A stretch of DNA of 64,000 bases, from contig JAXGZF010000008.1 of assembly GCA_040771865.1 (NCBI GenBank), forward strand, positions 20,722 through 84,721, in the 5' to 3' direction. The first letter of the stretch is position 1; each line of letters begins with the position of its first letter. The stretch is from Desulfobacterales bacterium (lineage in GTDB: Bacteria; Desulfobacterota; Desulfobacteria; Desulfobacterales; UBA2245). Below are positions 8,501 to 23,500 of the stretch, piece after piece. The position numbers and the translations under genes were made by a program. Below the pieces are notes generated by a model. The model did no database searches and was not told the origin of the DNA. It saw nothing but the letters and a program-made list of their open reading frames with translations.

Positions 8501-11500
8501 CGTTTTCCGCCGCCGTCCTGTGTTTCGTCGTAGCCGTAGATCGTGAGCGTGGCAGTGTCATTATCACCGTAGCAGCCACGAAGCGCCGCATTCTCAAGAA
8601 CGATTTTAGTGCCTTCTTCGATGATGTCGGCGATGGTGAAACCGCCCGCCATGCCCTCGATGTAAACGACCTGGCCAACATAGAAGCCCGCGCCTTCCCA
8701 GGTGCCGCCAGAGCGTGCTACCGTAGTCTCAAGCGAGGTCGTGTCGTCAATTGTAACCTCTTCGAGCCTGATTGTGACTTCTTCAGTGATAACAATCTTG
8801 AGCGCCTCGGCAACGTAAAGGCTCTTGGCCACGCCGGTGCCGGACGTCATTACCGGACCGGAGAGAATCAGGATACTATCCGTCCCCCATCCATCGAATG
8901 AACCCGCAGGCACATCCTCTTCAGGCACGCTCGTGATACCTTCAATGACACGGGTGAAGGCCTCGCCCTCGATCTGGATAAGCTGGCCGATCTCGTAACG
9001 GTCTGCGGTCCAGCTTCGGCCGTCGGTTCGGGTCAGTTGGTTGTTGCCTGTCGCACCGGTGATGTCGAAGGTTCCGGTTGTCTCGATATAACGGTTGCCG
9101 CCGCCGTGGACCACCGTCAGGCCGCCATGCGGCCCCTGGACGAAGATCGTCTTGACGACACTTCCTGTGGTGAGCGGCGTGCCCTCGAGTATCATGCCCA
9201 GCCCGTCCTCGGTGAAGGAGAGCACCCGGTACTGCATGTCGCCGGAAGCGTCGCGCAGCGTGATCAGGTGGCCTTCCAGGAAGCCTTCATCCTCCCATGT
9301 CGTGCCGGTCTTGGCGATGGTGCCGCCGGTAGTCGAGCCCGTCACCGCAATGGCCTGGTTGACGAGCATCACGAGCGCGTCGGTCGCGATGATCTTCTGC
9401 TCGCCCGTCAGAACCGGCAGTGGGTCGCCCGAGACGTTCATGACCACGAGGATCGAGTTGTCGTTCGGGTCTTTATAATAGTCGCCGGTGGCCGGATCCT
9501 TGTAGATGTCATCGGTCAGCGGGTCGCCGTTTTCGTCGACGTACTCGTAGTCGTCCTCGATGGCAACCACCTTCCACAACATGCCTTCATAGCCCTCTAT
9601 TTCTATGGTCTGGCCGACGAGGAAGCCCTGGGCCTTCCAGTCGAAATCGTCTCGCACAATGGTACCGTCTCCAATCGAAGGCAGCTCAAGGAGAACGGAA
9701 GGATCGTAGGGTTCCGGTGTAAACACGAACTCATTCTCCGCCGAGACGAATGGCGCGGGTTTCAGCGTGTCGGAAATGGCCAGGTAGTCGTTGCCTTCTC
9801 CCAGCATCAGGTTGACCACCTCGACGGTGGATTCGCTGGCATCGGTGCCAAAACCGGATGAACCGAAGTTGACCTTGCCGTAGCTGATGCCGCCGGGGTA
9901 GATAAGGGATTCCCCGAAGGTGTCGTCCATGTTGCCCGTGGCGAACATGCTGAAATCGAGGTCATCGGCCATGCCAAAGCCCTTGATCGTCGTCTGGTCG
10001 AGGGTGCCGTTGGTGTGAGCCTTGCTCGTATCGTTATAGACGTTCAGCACGTCGATCTGCTGGCTCTCGGGCGGTTGTTCGCCGATGGCGATCAGGAACG
10101 TGTCGGTCTCTCCCGGCAGCTTGACGCCGGTCGTGAGCGACCGGTCGGCCCCGGTCGGCCCGCCTTCAACGGCGAGCGGCCCGCGCAGGTTGGACAGATA
10201 GTGCGCGCTCGCGGGGAAGACCTTCACGCCCTCGCGAGTCGAAGGCACGTCGTAGTCCGGATCGGCTTGGAGCACGATCTCCTGCTGCCTGAACCATGCG
10301 TTGGCGTCGGCAGCATCACCCGTGAACTCGGCCACGACGGCGATGCGGTTCACCTCGACGTTCAGCGTGCCGGTAAGCCACGCGGGCAGGGCGCCGCCGT
10401 TTTCCAGTGTGAACTGGAGCCGGTCGTCCATGGTGTCGTTGTCGCCCCGGATGATGGCGATCTTGAAGTCAGCAGATTCCGCCGTGTTGGCAAGGTTCGT
10501 CACCCGGATTCGCTGTCCCTCAAGGAAGCCCTCGGCAAGCCAGCCTTCCACGGCGCCCACAGCATCGGTGCGGAACAGCCGGTCAACATTGGCCGACAGG
10601 AACGGATCGTACACATCCTCCTCGACCGTGACCTGTCCGCTCCAGATACCCTCGGGCGTCATAACATTCAACGTGACAGCGGCAATTTCGCCCGTTGTCG
10701 TGAAAGTCGCATCGGTGGTGATCATTGTATCCGACACGTCCGTCACGGTAAACTGGCCGTTGTTGGCTCCGGCATTCTCGATCTTGATAATGTCGCCTGC
10801 AACCCAGCCCTCGTCCAAGAAACTGCCGAGGTCGGAACCCGTACCGCGTGTGAGTGTTCCGGAGCCTCCGAAGATGATTGAGCCTTCGAAGCGCTCCGTC
10901 GGACGATACTCGCCAATCGTCTGGTAAAAGATATCGGCGCCGACTTCCAGGATGGTGTCGTCAGACAGAGTGATCTCCTTCACGTCGGCGAGGCCGTCGG
11001 TCAGGATCGCGACGTTCACCTCGTCGGTCGGCTGCAGGGTCAGGCGCAGGGTGTAGCTGTCGGTGCTCGTCGGGTCGTTCTTGATCAGCAGCGTGCTGTC
11101 TCCGCTTTCCAGAACCACCGCCCCCTCGGTCTCGTTGTCGATCACCTCGACGTCGAGGTAGCCCCCACCCGAACGGAGGTTCGGGAACATGTAGTTCGGA
11201 GCGGTCGTTGCATCGTCGCGCTCGAAGTAGATGACCGCCGTTTCCGGATCCTCCGGTGTGAAATCATCCAAGGCCTCGATATTGACCCGGACACCCGTGT
11301 TCCAGTTCGTAGAATCGAAGGAGATAGTCTGCGTCGATGCGTCAAACCGGGCCGAACCGCCGTCGGTGAGCTTGATCGCCGCATCATCGCCTTCAGCAAG
11401 CCGGAGCTTAACCACAATGGTGTCTCCCACCTCGGGTGCCTTGGCAAGCTGCACAAGAACCGCGTCCGTCAGGCCGGTGAGGGTCGTACCCTCGATCACG

Positions 11501-14500
11501 ATGGTGCGGCCGTCGTCCGCCCCGGTCAAGGGATCGATCTCGGTCACGCGCACACCCGGCGTGTCGTTGTCGATCACGGTGGCTTCCACGTTGCGCACAT
11601 CGACGGCATCAAACTTCGCATCTGCAGAATCCGGCGCGATCACACTGTGCTGGATCACCACCACGCGGTCGCCTTCGGAGCGGATATCGTCAGGCGCATA
11701 GACATATACATTTTGTGGAGTGTCCCAGTTACTCGCATTGAAGGTTAGCACCACCGCCCGGTTGTCGATCTGGGTCGGTACACCATTTATTACGATGGAG
11801 CGCTGGAAGTCGCTGTCGGTGACCAGAGCGCCCGGATTAACCGTCGAGAGCCAGATCGTGTCGCCCTCGCCGTCGACCAGAGGATCTTCGTTAATGTCGT
11901 ACCCGTCCCGTTCCTCCTGGTTCGAGCGCGAGGCCGAAACGGTGACATAGACCGTGCCAACCGGCGCTTCAGCCAGGCGCACGGTGTAGAAGTCGAACAT
12001 GCCGACAGTCGATTCCTCGACGATGGTCCGTCCGATGGTGGCGTCGCCGGCGGCCTCCTCGTTGATGACGACGAGACCCTCATTTGCAAAAGCGACGTTG
12101 TAGTCGAGACCGTTGATCAGGATGTTGTTGTAGAGGTAGTCGTCGGAGGTCACGAGGTGATCTACCGCACCGCTTGCGCCTTCCAGCTCACGGGTCACGA
12201 TGTCGCTGGCCACGTCGCCCGCCACGTTGATCGTGTCGGAGCCGAGACCGCCGATGACCCGGTAGGCCACACCAAACGCCGTTGACTGGATGAAGAACTG
12301 ATCATCGCCCTCGAGGCCGTCCACCTCGACAATTTCAATGTTGTCGTAGCGCACGTTGATGCCGGCGCCGTAGATGCCGTCCTCGGTGATAGCGATGTCG
12401 TCGGCGAATTCCGTGCCGAGGATCACGAGCTTGTCAAAGCCCGTACCGCCGTCGACTGAGACCGGCGCATTCACGTTATAGCGCACCTCGTCCTGTCCTC
12501 CGCCCGTACGGATGTCAGGCGCCTGTGCGATGGAGAAGCCGCGTCCGATTTGCGGAGTGGCCACGCCGTCTTCGTCGAGGACGATCGTATCGTCGCTGAA
12601 ATCGCCCTGGGTCAGCATCAGGTCGAGGTAGTTGATCGTCAGGTCGCCGTTGGTATCATAAATGTAGCCGCCCATGCCGTCGGACAGCAGTGCCTCAAGC
12701 TCGGCGCCGTTCGGCAGGTCGGTGAACTGGATCGAGCCGTCGTTGAGACCCTTCAAGATCGCCACGCCGTCATCGAGGTCCTTGACGTCCTGTACGCCGT
12801 CGTCGTTCCAGTCGTAGTCGACCGTGGCTGCCAGGGCAAAGGCCCGGACGATGAAGAGGTCGTTGTCGTCGTCGCCCTCGAGCCGGAGCTCGGCCTGGTT
12901 GGAGTAAACGCGGAACTCGTCGTTGCCGGTGCCGCCCAGCGCCACCATCGGCGCCGATGTCCCGGGCGACAGCCAGCCGCGCGTGGTGGGCACGAGATCC
13001 GCAAAGACGTCCTCGGCCAGGAGGTTGCCCTCGGCCTCGTTCCGGTTCGATCCGAAGATCTGGCCGATCTGGAAGGTGTCGAAGCCTTCGCCGCCGTCCA
13101 GCGTGGTGATGACCGTCGCATCGTCGGCGTAGAAGGCGTCGTTGCCGCCCAGCCCCTCGATCACCAGCCGGCCGTTGAGGCCCGTATCGTAGTTGATCCG
13201 CTGCACCTCAGTGGAGCTCTCGTTGCCCAGCACCACGTCCTCATAGGTTGAAACCACGCCGTGGAGCATGGCCACATAACCGGGACGGTCCACGCCCGTC
13301 TCGCCGGGAATCTCGTTGCCCGCACGGAGCAGGAAGATGTCGTCGACTGGGTAGGTGTTACCCGACAGATCTCGGCCGTTATCAGAGCTGTCGAAGCCGT
13401 AGATGAAGGCCTCGTCCACGCCGTCATTCTGCATGCCCGTGTCAAGAATGTTGATGATGTAGTTACGTTCCTTGGTTGCAGGCCCGCTGTTCGATCCTGT
13501 GGTGTAGATGAAGTAGGTGTCGCTTTCGGATACCCCATCCAGCGTGAGCGTATGCTCGGCCACTACATCCGAGGTCTCCGGCGAAGTGCGTGTCAGCGTA
13601 TCCTGCAGATAGTAGACGATGAACCTGTCTTCGCCGTCCGCATTGTTCGGATCGAGATCCTGACTGCCGTAGGCCCTTGTTTTCGAACCCAGATAGATGT
13701 AACCGGGGTCACCCTGCGTCGTGCCTCCGGCAATCCCTGTCGGATCGCCGAACTGGAAGGCGTCAACATCGGTATTGCCCCAGAACCGCGTGAGATTATA
13801 AGGATCGGGCGCAGTCGTTTTCGGGATGGCGCTGCCGACCGGGTCATCGTCTTCCTTGCTTCCCGGAGTCACATTGGCGTTGGCGATAATACGGCCCCGC
13901 AGCAGCATGACGGCGCCGAACCCGGCATCGAGATTTACCAGGGCGTGGATCACCTCATCGGCGGCGGAGACATCGCCATAAATATCGATCGACTCGGCGG
14001 CGAGAATCTCGCTGTTGGAGTCCAGCGTCACATTGTCGCCGACGCGCAGCAGAACGCTCCCGGATTCGGCGAAAATCTGGCCGTTTGGAACGATACGGTC
14101 CGCATCATCATGGAATGTCGGATAACTGGCATTGGTTTCCGCAAAGCGCGCGCTTCCGCTGTGCAGAAGCTCGAGGTCTTCGCCCTGCGCCGCAGACTCA
14201 CGCACAGTGATCCGGATGTCGCCGTCATAGGCATGGGCCATGACAAGACGCAGGTTTTTCTCGGTTTCGGCCAGATAGATGTTTTCCGTGGCTTCCAGAG
14301 ACACGTCATCCGTACCAGCTGGCGAATCTCTGCGCGAATCGATCTCGAGATCGTTGTCATATGCACCGATGCTGGAACCTTCTCCGTTGGCATCCAGATC
14401 AATGGTCTGGCCGAGCAGGTTTGCGTCATCGTCGCCTGCACCGTCATTGCGGGAATCGAGGATCGAACCGTCAACGGTGCGCAGCGAGATATCCTGTATC

Positions 14501-17500
14501 GTGTGCACGGTGTGCACATGCAGATCGCCATACACTTCATCGAGGAAAATACCGAACGTCGAATTAGCGGTGGTGTCGAAGGCACGCAGCACGCCAAGGC
14601 TCGCGCCTGAACCGTTCAGTATGTCAACATTAATCTCCAGGAAATTATCCGCCGTGCCGATGCCCCCCCAAGCAGCATCAATGTCGAGCAATGTCGGGTT
14701 CAGTACCTCGGCGGCCACATCCGCATGATCCGGGTTGAACAGCCCCACACCGGCCGCCATCGTGATATTCCTGCCGGCCACATCGGCTTCGATGCCGTCG
14801 CCGGCATCATCGCGCGCGTCGATGATCCTGACTGGCGAATAGAGCAGAACGTCGTTTGCCGTCGACTTGATGCGTTCAACCCGCATGTCGCCGGTTTTTT
14901 CAGTCAGGGCGATATACCCGTTGGTCAGCACGTCAATATCGCCCGTACCGTTGACTTCGGTGATGCCGAGCACGTTGACCGTCGTGTCCGTTGGATCCGG
15001 TTGCTCAGCCGCAACAATGATGTTGCCGGTCGGCGTCACGCTGCCCGCTTGCAGACCGGGGAGAGATCGCAGACCGGTGGCTGGATCTATGCCGCGGAAA
15101 TCGTACGTCGAGGGAATCTCCGTGGCGCCCGTAGCAAATACACCCCGGCTCAATGGCTGAGGATCGCCATCAGTTTGGTCAAAGTATGTGTAGTGCGTTT
15201 CACCGGCGCTCGGACTGGCATCGTCAAAATCGACGAGTATGCCGCCGGACAGCCCGGCGCCTGTCTGTACTAGACTCGGCTGGAGCAACACGTCCGCCGT
15301 ATCGCCCGCATTGATCCGGTCGATCTCGATGACATAGAACGAGACGGTCTCACGGAGCAGTCCCTTAAGATCGAGATAGATGTCCTGTGTCGCATCCGCA
15401 GTGAATGTCTCCGCTGCTGTGAGCGTGTGTTCATTACTCAGGTCGCCGGTCGGATTGAGATCGATCGCCTTGCCCGCCTTCGCGTCGCTCAATGACGTGG
15501 CAAGGGAGACCCGCATTCCGTCGTCCGATACGATGGTATAGTAGTATCCGCCATCGGTGAGATTGCCGATTGCTGTCCCATCTACTGCATGGTACTGGAC
15601 AAGCTGGCCCGTGACGAAGCGGCTTTCCAGCCCGATGAGAATGTCGTTCGTGTAGCCATTTACCCTGGCCGTGTCGAAGCTGGCGTCTACCGGTAGTCCG
15701 GCGCTGTCCACGATGTCAATATTCAGCCGGTGGCCGCTCGAACCCGGATCGGACCCGATGTTCACCTTCGCGTCGAGCCGCAGGATATGGGTGCGGATCA
15801 GAGATTCACGAGAGACGCTGTAATCGGTATGGCTATCTCCGCGGTCATCAGTCGACAGGATGCTGCCGCCCGGGTTCACGCCGCCGCCGCCCGTGTTTAG
15901 AATCGATGTTGTGCCAATGGGGTTCTCGATAGTGCCGTTGATATAGACGTCGGAATCGCCGGTATTGACGATCTCGATCAAGGTCGGCGCCACCTCCTGA
16001 ACGATGGTGAATTGCATTGAGGAGGTATATGGATCACTCGCATCGCCAACGGCTGTGGCTGCGGGATCGAGCCACACGAGCGGCTGTTCGTCGTCCACGA
16101 CCTCGATGTTGTTGATGATGATGTCCTTGTCGGACTCGTTCGTGATCGTAATGCGCTGCAGCGTTTCGCGGAACGTCCAGGTACCGCCGGAGCCGGTAAT
16201 ACTCGGGGCTTTGAATACCACATCACCAGGGCCGGGGTTTGTAATGTCGTTGACGAAGATGTCGGGGCTTGCGATAGTGTTGCCTTCGCCTTCCGCGGCC
16301 CCGCCACCGCCCGCCTGATCGTTGACCGTCACCTCGACCGCTGTTTCGATCTCGCCAAAGGGATTGATAGCCAGTTCCTTAACTACCAGTTCCGGTGACC
16401 GGCCGGAGAGAATCAGGACATCCGAGTCGAAGTCGATGCTTCTCGTGATCTGCTCAAGATCCCCCTGTGGATGAGACCCTCCGCCTGCGAGCGAACGTTT
16501 GCTGTGGGTTGGGTTGTGATCAGCATCTATCGAACCATTCGTCGTATTGATGTAGAATGCCAGGTGGCCGGATTCTGCCGCCGTTTCGAGGGCAGAGGAG
16601 TCGTCCGCCCGAGGACCGGCAGTCACCAGGGCATTGCCGGCGCCATAAACCCAGGACGTCGTCCGTGTTGTGTTGTAAGACGTGGAGTTAACCCATCCGA
16701 AGAGGCCGGTTGCCCTGGCGAATGACTTGGCTTCTGTATCGACGCCGTCAAACTTGGTGATGAAATCAACCCCTTCGTACCCGGTGACCTCAGAGTCTGC
16801 ACCGATCAGCACGTTATTGTTCGTGGTGATATCTACACTGGAATAGCCTCCGCCAATGGCAACGAATCCACTGCCGCGGCCATCTGAGCTTGCCGTCGCT
16901 ACGATCTGCGGCACCTTGGCGGAAAGGACAACTTCGCGGCCAAGGAGAACCGCATTGTTCTCCACCTCGACCTGGGTCGTACCGCTCGTAATGTTTATGG
17001 TGGCGTCGGCATCGCCGTCACCGCCGAAACCAATCCCATTACCGGCGGCAGTCGCATATTGAACGGCTCCCGATTCTGCTGCAATCTTTGCCGTTTCGCC
17101 GGCAAGGACGGTCGCGCCTTCCCTCAGCGTTGCAGTCGTCGAGTAGGAAAGGGTGATGTCGGCGTCGGAATTTGCCACTCCTACAAAGCCGCCGGTGTCG
17201 GCGTGGGAGTTGATGTTCGACTGAGTCAGCGAACCGGCAGTCATGGTGAAGTTGTTGTCGGCTATGATGCACGTGTCTTCAGCGACGTAAGCTTGGCTTG
17301 TATTCGTCTGGGTGGCATTGATATCCGGATCACCAACGCCGACAAAGCCGCCTGTGGCGTTGTGCACGTTCCCTTGAGTGTTAGCCACCGACGAGCTTGT
17401 AATGGAAACGTCCGTCCCTGCGGTTACCAGATTCGCATCAATGTATGCGGTAGCTGTCGGTGCAATATCAAGGTCAGAGGTGTTTACGTTGACGCCGACG

Positions 17501-20500
17501 AAGCCGCCGCCCGAGCCGCTCGATGTGGCGGACGAGATGCCGTCATCCGACGAGGGCAAGAGGATATTAAGGGAAATCCCACCCGGCCCCAGCAGCTGTT
17601 GCGTTCCGCTCACACCGCTGGTGATGTCGATGCGAAGGATCTGATCGCCTGATCCGGCCGATAGATCGACGCTGTTCGGACCAATGAAATGGTTGCTCGT
17701 GGCTCCCGCAACTGCCGTGACTGTCAAGGCGCCTCCGCCAGGGGTCGCTGACAGTTCGAAGGTATTGGCATCATCAACGCCATCAAGTTTGACGTAGTAT
17801 GTCTTTCCATCCATGCTAAGGCCGCCGGTCGTCATGGGCAGGTTACTGGCTTTGATAAGGCTGTGCGTGACCCCGGTGAGAGAGCGGCTGCTCTTGTCGC
17901 CGGGGTTGAGAGCTATGGCGTCTTGGCTTTCAACTGTCACAGAGAAGGTCCCGGTATCGTCAACATCGTCCACATCCAAAGTGATCGTGGCACCGCTAAT
18001 ACCCGTGATCTCATAACTACCGCTGCTGTCCGCGGCACCACTGATGTAGATGCCTTGGCCCAGCGCAAAGCCATAATTGGACCAGCTCAGCCCGTCAGTT
18101 CGAACGATTGTGGCGTTCGAACTGCCGTTATTGTTGAACGTGACGTTGCCGGAGAAATATGCCAGCAACTGAAAAAGACCCGTGCTGCCGCTGTAGTCGG
18201 CCTTGTAGACCGTGTTGTTTCTCAGGCCGCCGATCGGCGAACCGTCAGTTGAATAGTAGACGAGGTCGCCACCCGAGAAGCCCGGAGAGACCGGATCTCC
18301 GTCGTCGTTCACAAACTGGATGTTGTTCGCGCTGGAATTATCGTCGAGATCGGCAACCCACTCACCTTCTACCTCCTTCCAACCGCCGTCTACATCGACT
18401 TGCATGCTGCTGAAGGCGGCAGCATCCGGGGCATCGTAAGTTACCGCCATGCCATCGGTGAAGCCGTGGCCGGCAATGGTGAATTGGGTGCCGGTTGTGG
18501 GCGTGAAGTTCTTGTTGTAATAGGTCACAGCCGGATCGCGAAGCTTGATGGTCGTCCCGTCAACCACGACGACCACATACGCCTTAAGCTCCGTCAGACC
18601 GCCGATCGCGGTCGCGTCATCGTCTGCTGTGAGGTAAACGACCCTGTCACCATCAACAAAGTCGTGACCCCGACCAAAATCGATGGTCTCCCTGTCCACG
18701 TCAATTGTTGTCGCTCCATCCAGATCAAAGGCCATTCCGAAGGCGAGGTTGTCCTCATCCGCTACGATGACATTATACTCGCGCAGCGGATCGGCATCGG
18801 GATCGGGATCGACCACATCCAGACCCCCGATCTTAGTGTGCCCCTCGTTGTCATAGACTACTGTGTCGCCGGTCGTAAGACCGTGGTTGATGACTTGCAC
18901 CGTGTCATTAGTCGTATCTGTAGATTCGATTTCATAGGTCGGCGCGTCAGCGCTCGCCGCCTGAGGCTGCACGGTTGCCGCCACACTGATGCTCCCTCCT
19001 GCGTGGACTTCGGAGGCCAGGAGATAGGAGTCCACGTCGGGTTTGACCGTTGTCTTGGAAATGGAGCTGCCGACTCCGGCCACACCACCAATGCTGACGC
19101 CCTTTGTAAGAGCATCCGCCTCGGAACTCTCCAGTGCGACTGCTTCAATGTTCGAGCTAACCCTGATGGCGCCCGAGCTTCCGATGTAAGCCTTAACTGT
19201 TGGTTTAATTTCCGCCAGTGAATCGTTCGCCTGGCCTGAGACCAGACCTCCGCCAGTCGCTGCGATCGCTCTTGCGGATGTGATATCGGTCGATGTTGCG
19301 TGGATGGTGAGGTTAGCCGCTCCCACACCGCCAGAGTCGTCTTTGATCTCTCCGTCGAAATGGGCCTTGACCGTGCCGTTCGCCTTTGCGTCCGCATCGG
19401 TCAAACCGACGCCGACCAACCCGCCTGCCGCACCATCGCTCTGAGCAAATGCCCTGTTTACTCCAGCTGCAGTGATCGTCACGTCGCCGCTGTTGTTCAC
19501 ATCCACGCCTGAGCCCACGGAAGCCTCAACGTCGGGGCTATTGATCGCGGTGCTATAGCTACCGGTTCCCGCACCGAGGCCGCCAGCGGCGGCAAAGGCC
19601 GTAGCATCCGCACCAAAATCATCGGGAGCGCTCAAATTCGAGTAGGCCAATACAGACAAATTTACCGCTTCAATGTCGCCATTAACCACATGGCTATGAA
19701 CTTCGGGCGTCAGTGTAGAATTGGCTTTCGATACGCCTCCGGCAATACCTCCTGCGGCATAACCAGTGATAGTGGTATCAATGTTGGCATCAGACTCTGC
19801 GCTGACCAGCGCGTTGCCGGTCAGCCTGATATTCGCGCCAGTGCCGCCATTTCCGACCTCGGCAACGACTTCCGGCGATACGGTGGCAAAGGCAAAATTA
19901 GCCGATATGGCCACGCCGCCGCCTGATAAGCCAAAGGCTTTACCGTTCACTGTGATATCCGAATGGGCCTCAACAGTCAGTCCGCCCACATTGTCGTCCA
20001 CACCCTGGCCGATCTGGACGTTGTTGCCGACAAATGCGAGGACTTCCGTCGTCGAGTCGTTATCCACGTTCACCTTTGTAAATGAAGCCCCGACGCCAAC
20101 CGCACCGACGCTCACGCCAACCGTCTGGACTTCGAAGATCTGCTCGGATGCAGCGTCGATGTCGATAAGCGAGGCATTATGAACGATGGCGTTGTCGCTG
20201 AGGCCGGCCGTCGTTGTGCTTGCATCATCAACGACCACCACTGCCGCTCCTAAACCCACAAAGCCTGCAGCTCCGGCGAACCCGACAATATCGATATTCT
20301 CGTAGAGATCGGCGTAGATTCCGATTGAACCGTCCGCTGAAAGAGTTCCCCCGGCTGTGGCCGAAACGTTGGAAGCAATGTTGACGACAGCAATGCCTGC
20401 ACCAACTCCGGCCAAGCCAGCGGCCACCCCGCCCGCCGTCAAGGTCACCTGTACATTTTCAACGGCGTTCACGGCGATCTCACCGCCCACTGCAACAAAG

Positions 20501-23500
20501 GCCCCTCCGCCGATGGCGGCGTTGGTGCCCACACTCGGACCTTCGAGAGAATCAAGAAGCTCGGTCGAGGTCGGGCTGTGGTCGGCGAAACCTCCGGTAC
20601 CGTAAAGACCCTGATAGACGATTGCGGAGCTGCGGTCGTTGCTGTTCGAGGCGGTATCGGGATCCGTGGCGCCCGTGTCCAGACTGGCCAGCGAGTCCAC
20701 AACCTTTCCGCTTGCATCATCGCCCTGAGTGGCCGCATCATCATCAACAGTCCCGTCAGCAGTTCCGTCATCGTCTGTGTCTCTTTCGAGCGCATTTGAA
20801 GGACTGCCGCCATCGCCTGAATAGTTGCGTTCGAGCCTCTCGCCGATTGACCAAACTTCAACCGCGCCTGCCAGAGCCGCTAAGCCGGCCGAGCCGCTCG
20901 CCGAAATGCCGCTTACCTCCTTGATGCCCAGGGCGTTGACTTCGACAGAATCCTTGGCCGATACGGTGGCACCCGATTTAATCTCTGCATTGATATCGTT
21001 GCGCACCATGCCCACATCCACAGCGCCGCCAAGGGCTGCCACGCCTGCTGCGAGGCTGCCGGTAAAGGTGGTGATCCTCACCTCATTGGCCGCATTGACG
21101 CACACATCCTGCGTCAAAGCCGCAAGGTGATTGTCCGCCTGGTTGATATCTGCATCCCCTATATAGGCGTGCGTATCTGAGTTAATGCTCGTGACAAGGA
21201 CACCGCCTGCAAGACCGACAAACCCGCCGCCCACCGCAACCGCCAGGTGGAAGACGTCTTCACTTGACTGAGCCTCAACCACAAGACCGTTCACTCCATC
21301 GGTTGCGGTGCGATCAAAGCCGGAGGCGGTATCGCCGCCAGTCAGCGTGCCCGCAAGGGCGCTGATTCCCGTGCCGTTACCCCGTGCATTCACACTCGCA
21401 TTGTCGGCAACATAGGCCTGTGTAGTTTTGCCGAGACTGATGACGCCCACCGACGCACCGGCGCCGCCAAGGCCGAATCCCGCCGCTCCGTCAATAACCA
21501 CTACTTCTGAGGCATCATTCGCAGAGACAAGCACATCTCCGCCCGCGGTGACTGATCCAGCGATGGCGGCTGTAGTGGCGTTATCAACAGAGAGAACGCT
21601 CACGGCGCCGCCTATGCCGACCGTGGCCCCCGCGAGGCCCACACCGACGAGCAGGATGTCTTCGTTTGCTTCAGCCGTCACCATCACATCATTTTTGGCA
21701 TTGGCAATAGCTCCGGTATCGATGGAGGCAACCGTGGTGTTGGAGAGCACGGTTACATCCACCGCCGGTGCGACAGCTCCTCCTCCAGATATGGCAAGTG
21801 CGGCGGAGGCCGCTACATGACGGAAATCATTGCCGGCACCCACCGAGATACTCTGAAGGTCATTTGCGCCAGAGGTGTCGGTGTTGACCCTGGCATTGGC
21901 GCCGATATAGGCCTGAGTATCCGTGGTGATCACATTGACCGCCGCCGTCACCGCAATTGCCGCCGTACCGCTGCCGGAAAGCCCAGCGGAATAGGTCTCG
22001 ATGTCGTCCCGGTTGGTCGCGCTGATCGTCACACCGTAAAAATCGTGCGGAGTCGGCGCCACGGCTACCGAATTACCCAGCATGTTGCTGCTTGTTTCGG
22101 GGTTGTCCGGTCTGTCTTCCACATTGGTCGAATTGGCGTTGGTCACGCTCGGCGTAGAAATCTCGCCGGCCGAGGAAAGCTCATCGATATTCTGCTCACC
22201 GGTATACGAGTCAGAGTCCATCCCCGGCGTTGAGCTTGTCTCGGGCGTCGTTGTAAGTTTGAACCCGCCCGTGTAGCCGGAGACTGCCGTATACCCGTCA
22301 GCAGTCACCTTTGCACCTTCACCGATGAAGGCGTGCGTATCCTTGTTGACAACAGTCACGGCGGCACCAGCTGTAACCGCGGCTGTCCCCGATACCGACG
22401 CCATGCCGACAACCGCGTCTATTTCGGTGCGGTCGTCGGCGGCAATTCCTACCGATCCCCTCGCATACACGTTGCCGGCTCCGGCAGAGGTGACGGCATC
22501 TTCCGGATCGTCGCCGATCCAGGCGCGGGTCGACACGTTGAGAACGTGAACGTTTGCATCAACGGTGACGGCCGCAGTCCCGCTCACGGCAATGCCCGCC
22601 GCGACAGACGTGATGTCTTCACTCGACTTGGCTGACAAGTCTATGTTGCCGTCGATAGTCGCAGTAACTCCCGAATCGATGTAGGCCCAGGTCTTCTTTG
22701 AGATTGTAGCCACGTCCGCGCCGGCGCCGACTGCAGCAGTGCCTGCACCGGCGAGTTGCCCAGCTACGGATACGATGGTCGTGTCGTCCTGGGCATGCAC
22801 CGTGAGACCAGGATCGTGCGTTGCATCCGTGCCGGACACCTGGGCGCTTCTACCGACGAATGCAAGGGTCGTCTCGTCAAGGATATTGATCGTTGCCGCT
22901 CCTGCCACCCCCGCGGTACTGGCGAAGCCTCCTGCCGCAGAGATCGTGATCAGCTCTTCACTCGAGGTAGCCTCCACCTGCAAGCCCTCGTCGCCCTTTG
23001 TGGTGACTGTCGCCCGGTCACCCACATAAGCCTTGACTGTGTCCGTGTGGTCAATAGTGGTGTTTGCCCCACCTACGCCGGCAGTGCTGGCAGCTCCGAT
23101 AGCGCCTGCGATCAGGGTCGCATCGAAATGACCGTCCGCAGTGATCTGAACGTTGCCGTCGGCGTTCACTGCGGCCGCCGTCCCGACGGGCGTTTCTTCG
23201 ATAAAGGCAGCCGTGTTGGTGGTGAGCACCTGCACCGTGACCGAGGCGGCGAGGCCTACGGTCTCAGCGGCCCCCAGGTTGGCGGCGATGGAAAGGATGT
23301 CTTCGCTCGAGTCTGCGTTTATCGCCACGTCGCCTTCCGATTCAACCTTGGCGCCGCTGCCGATATAGGCGTACGTATCCTTGTGGATGATCGTAACGTC
23401 GAGGCCTATGCCTATGCCGGCCGCACCGGTCGAGACCCCGAGAGAGCCTGCGTAGTCGTCGATCTCGGTGGCGTTTGTTGCGCTTACGGTTATTGACCCA

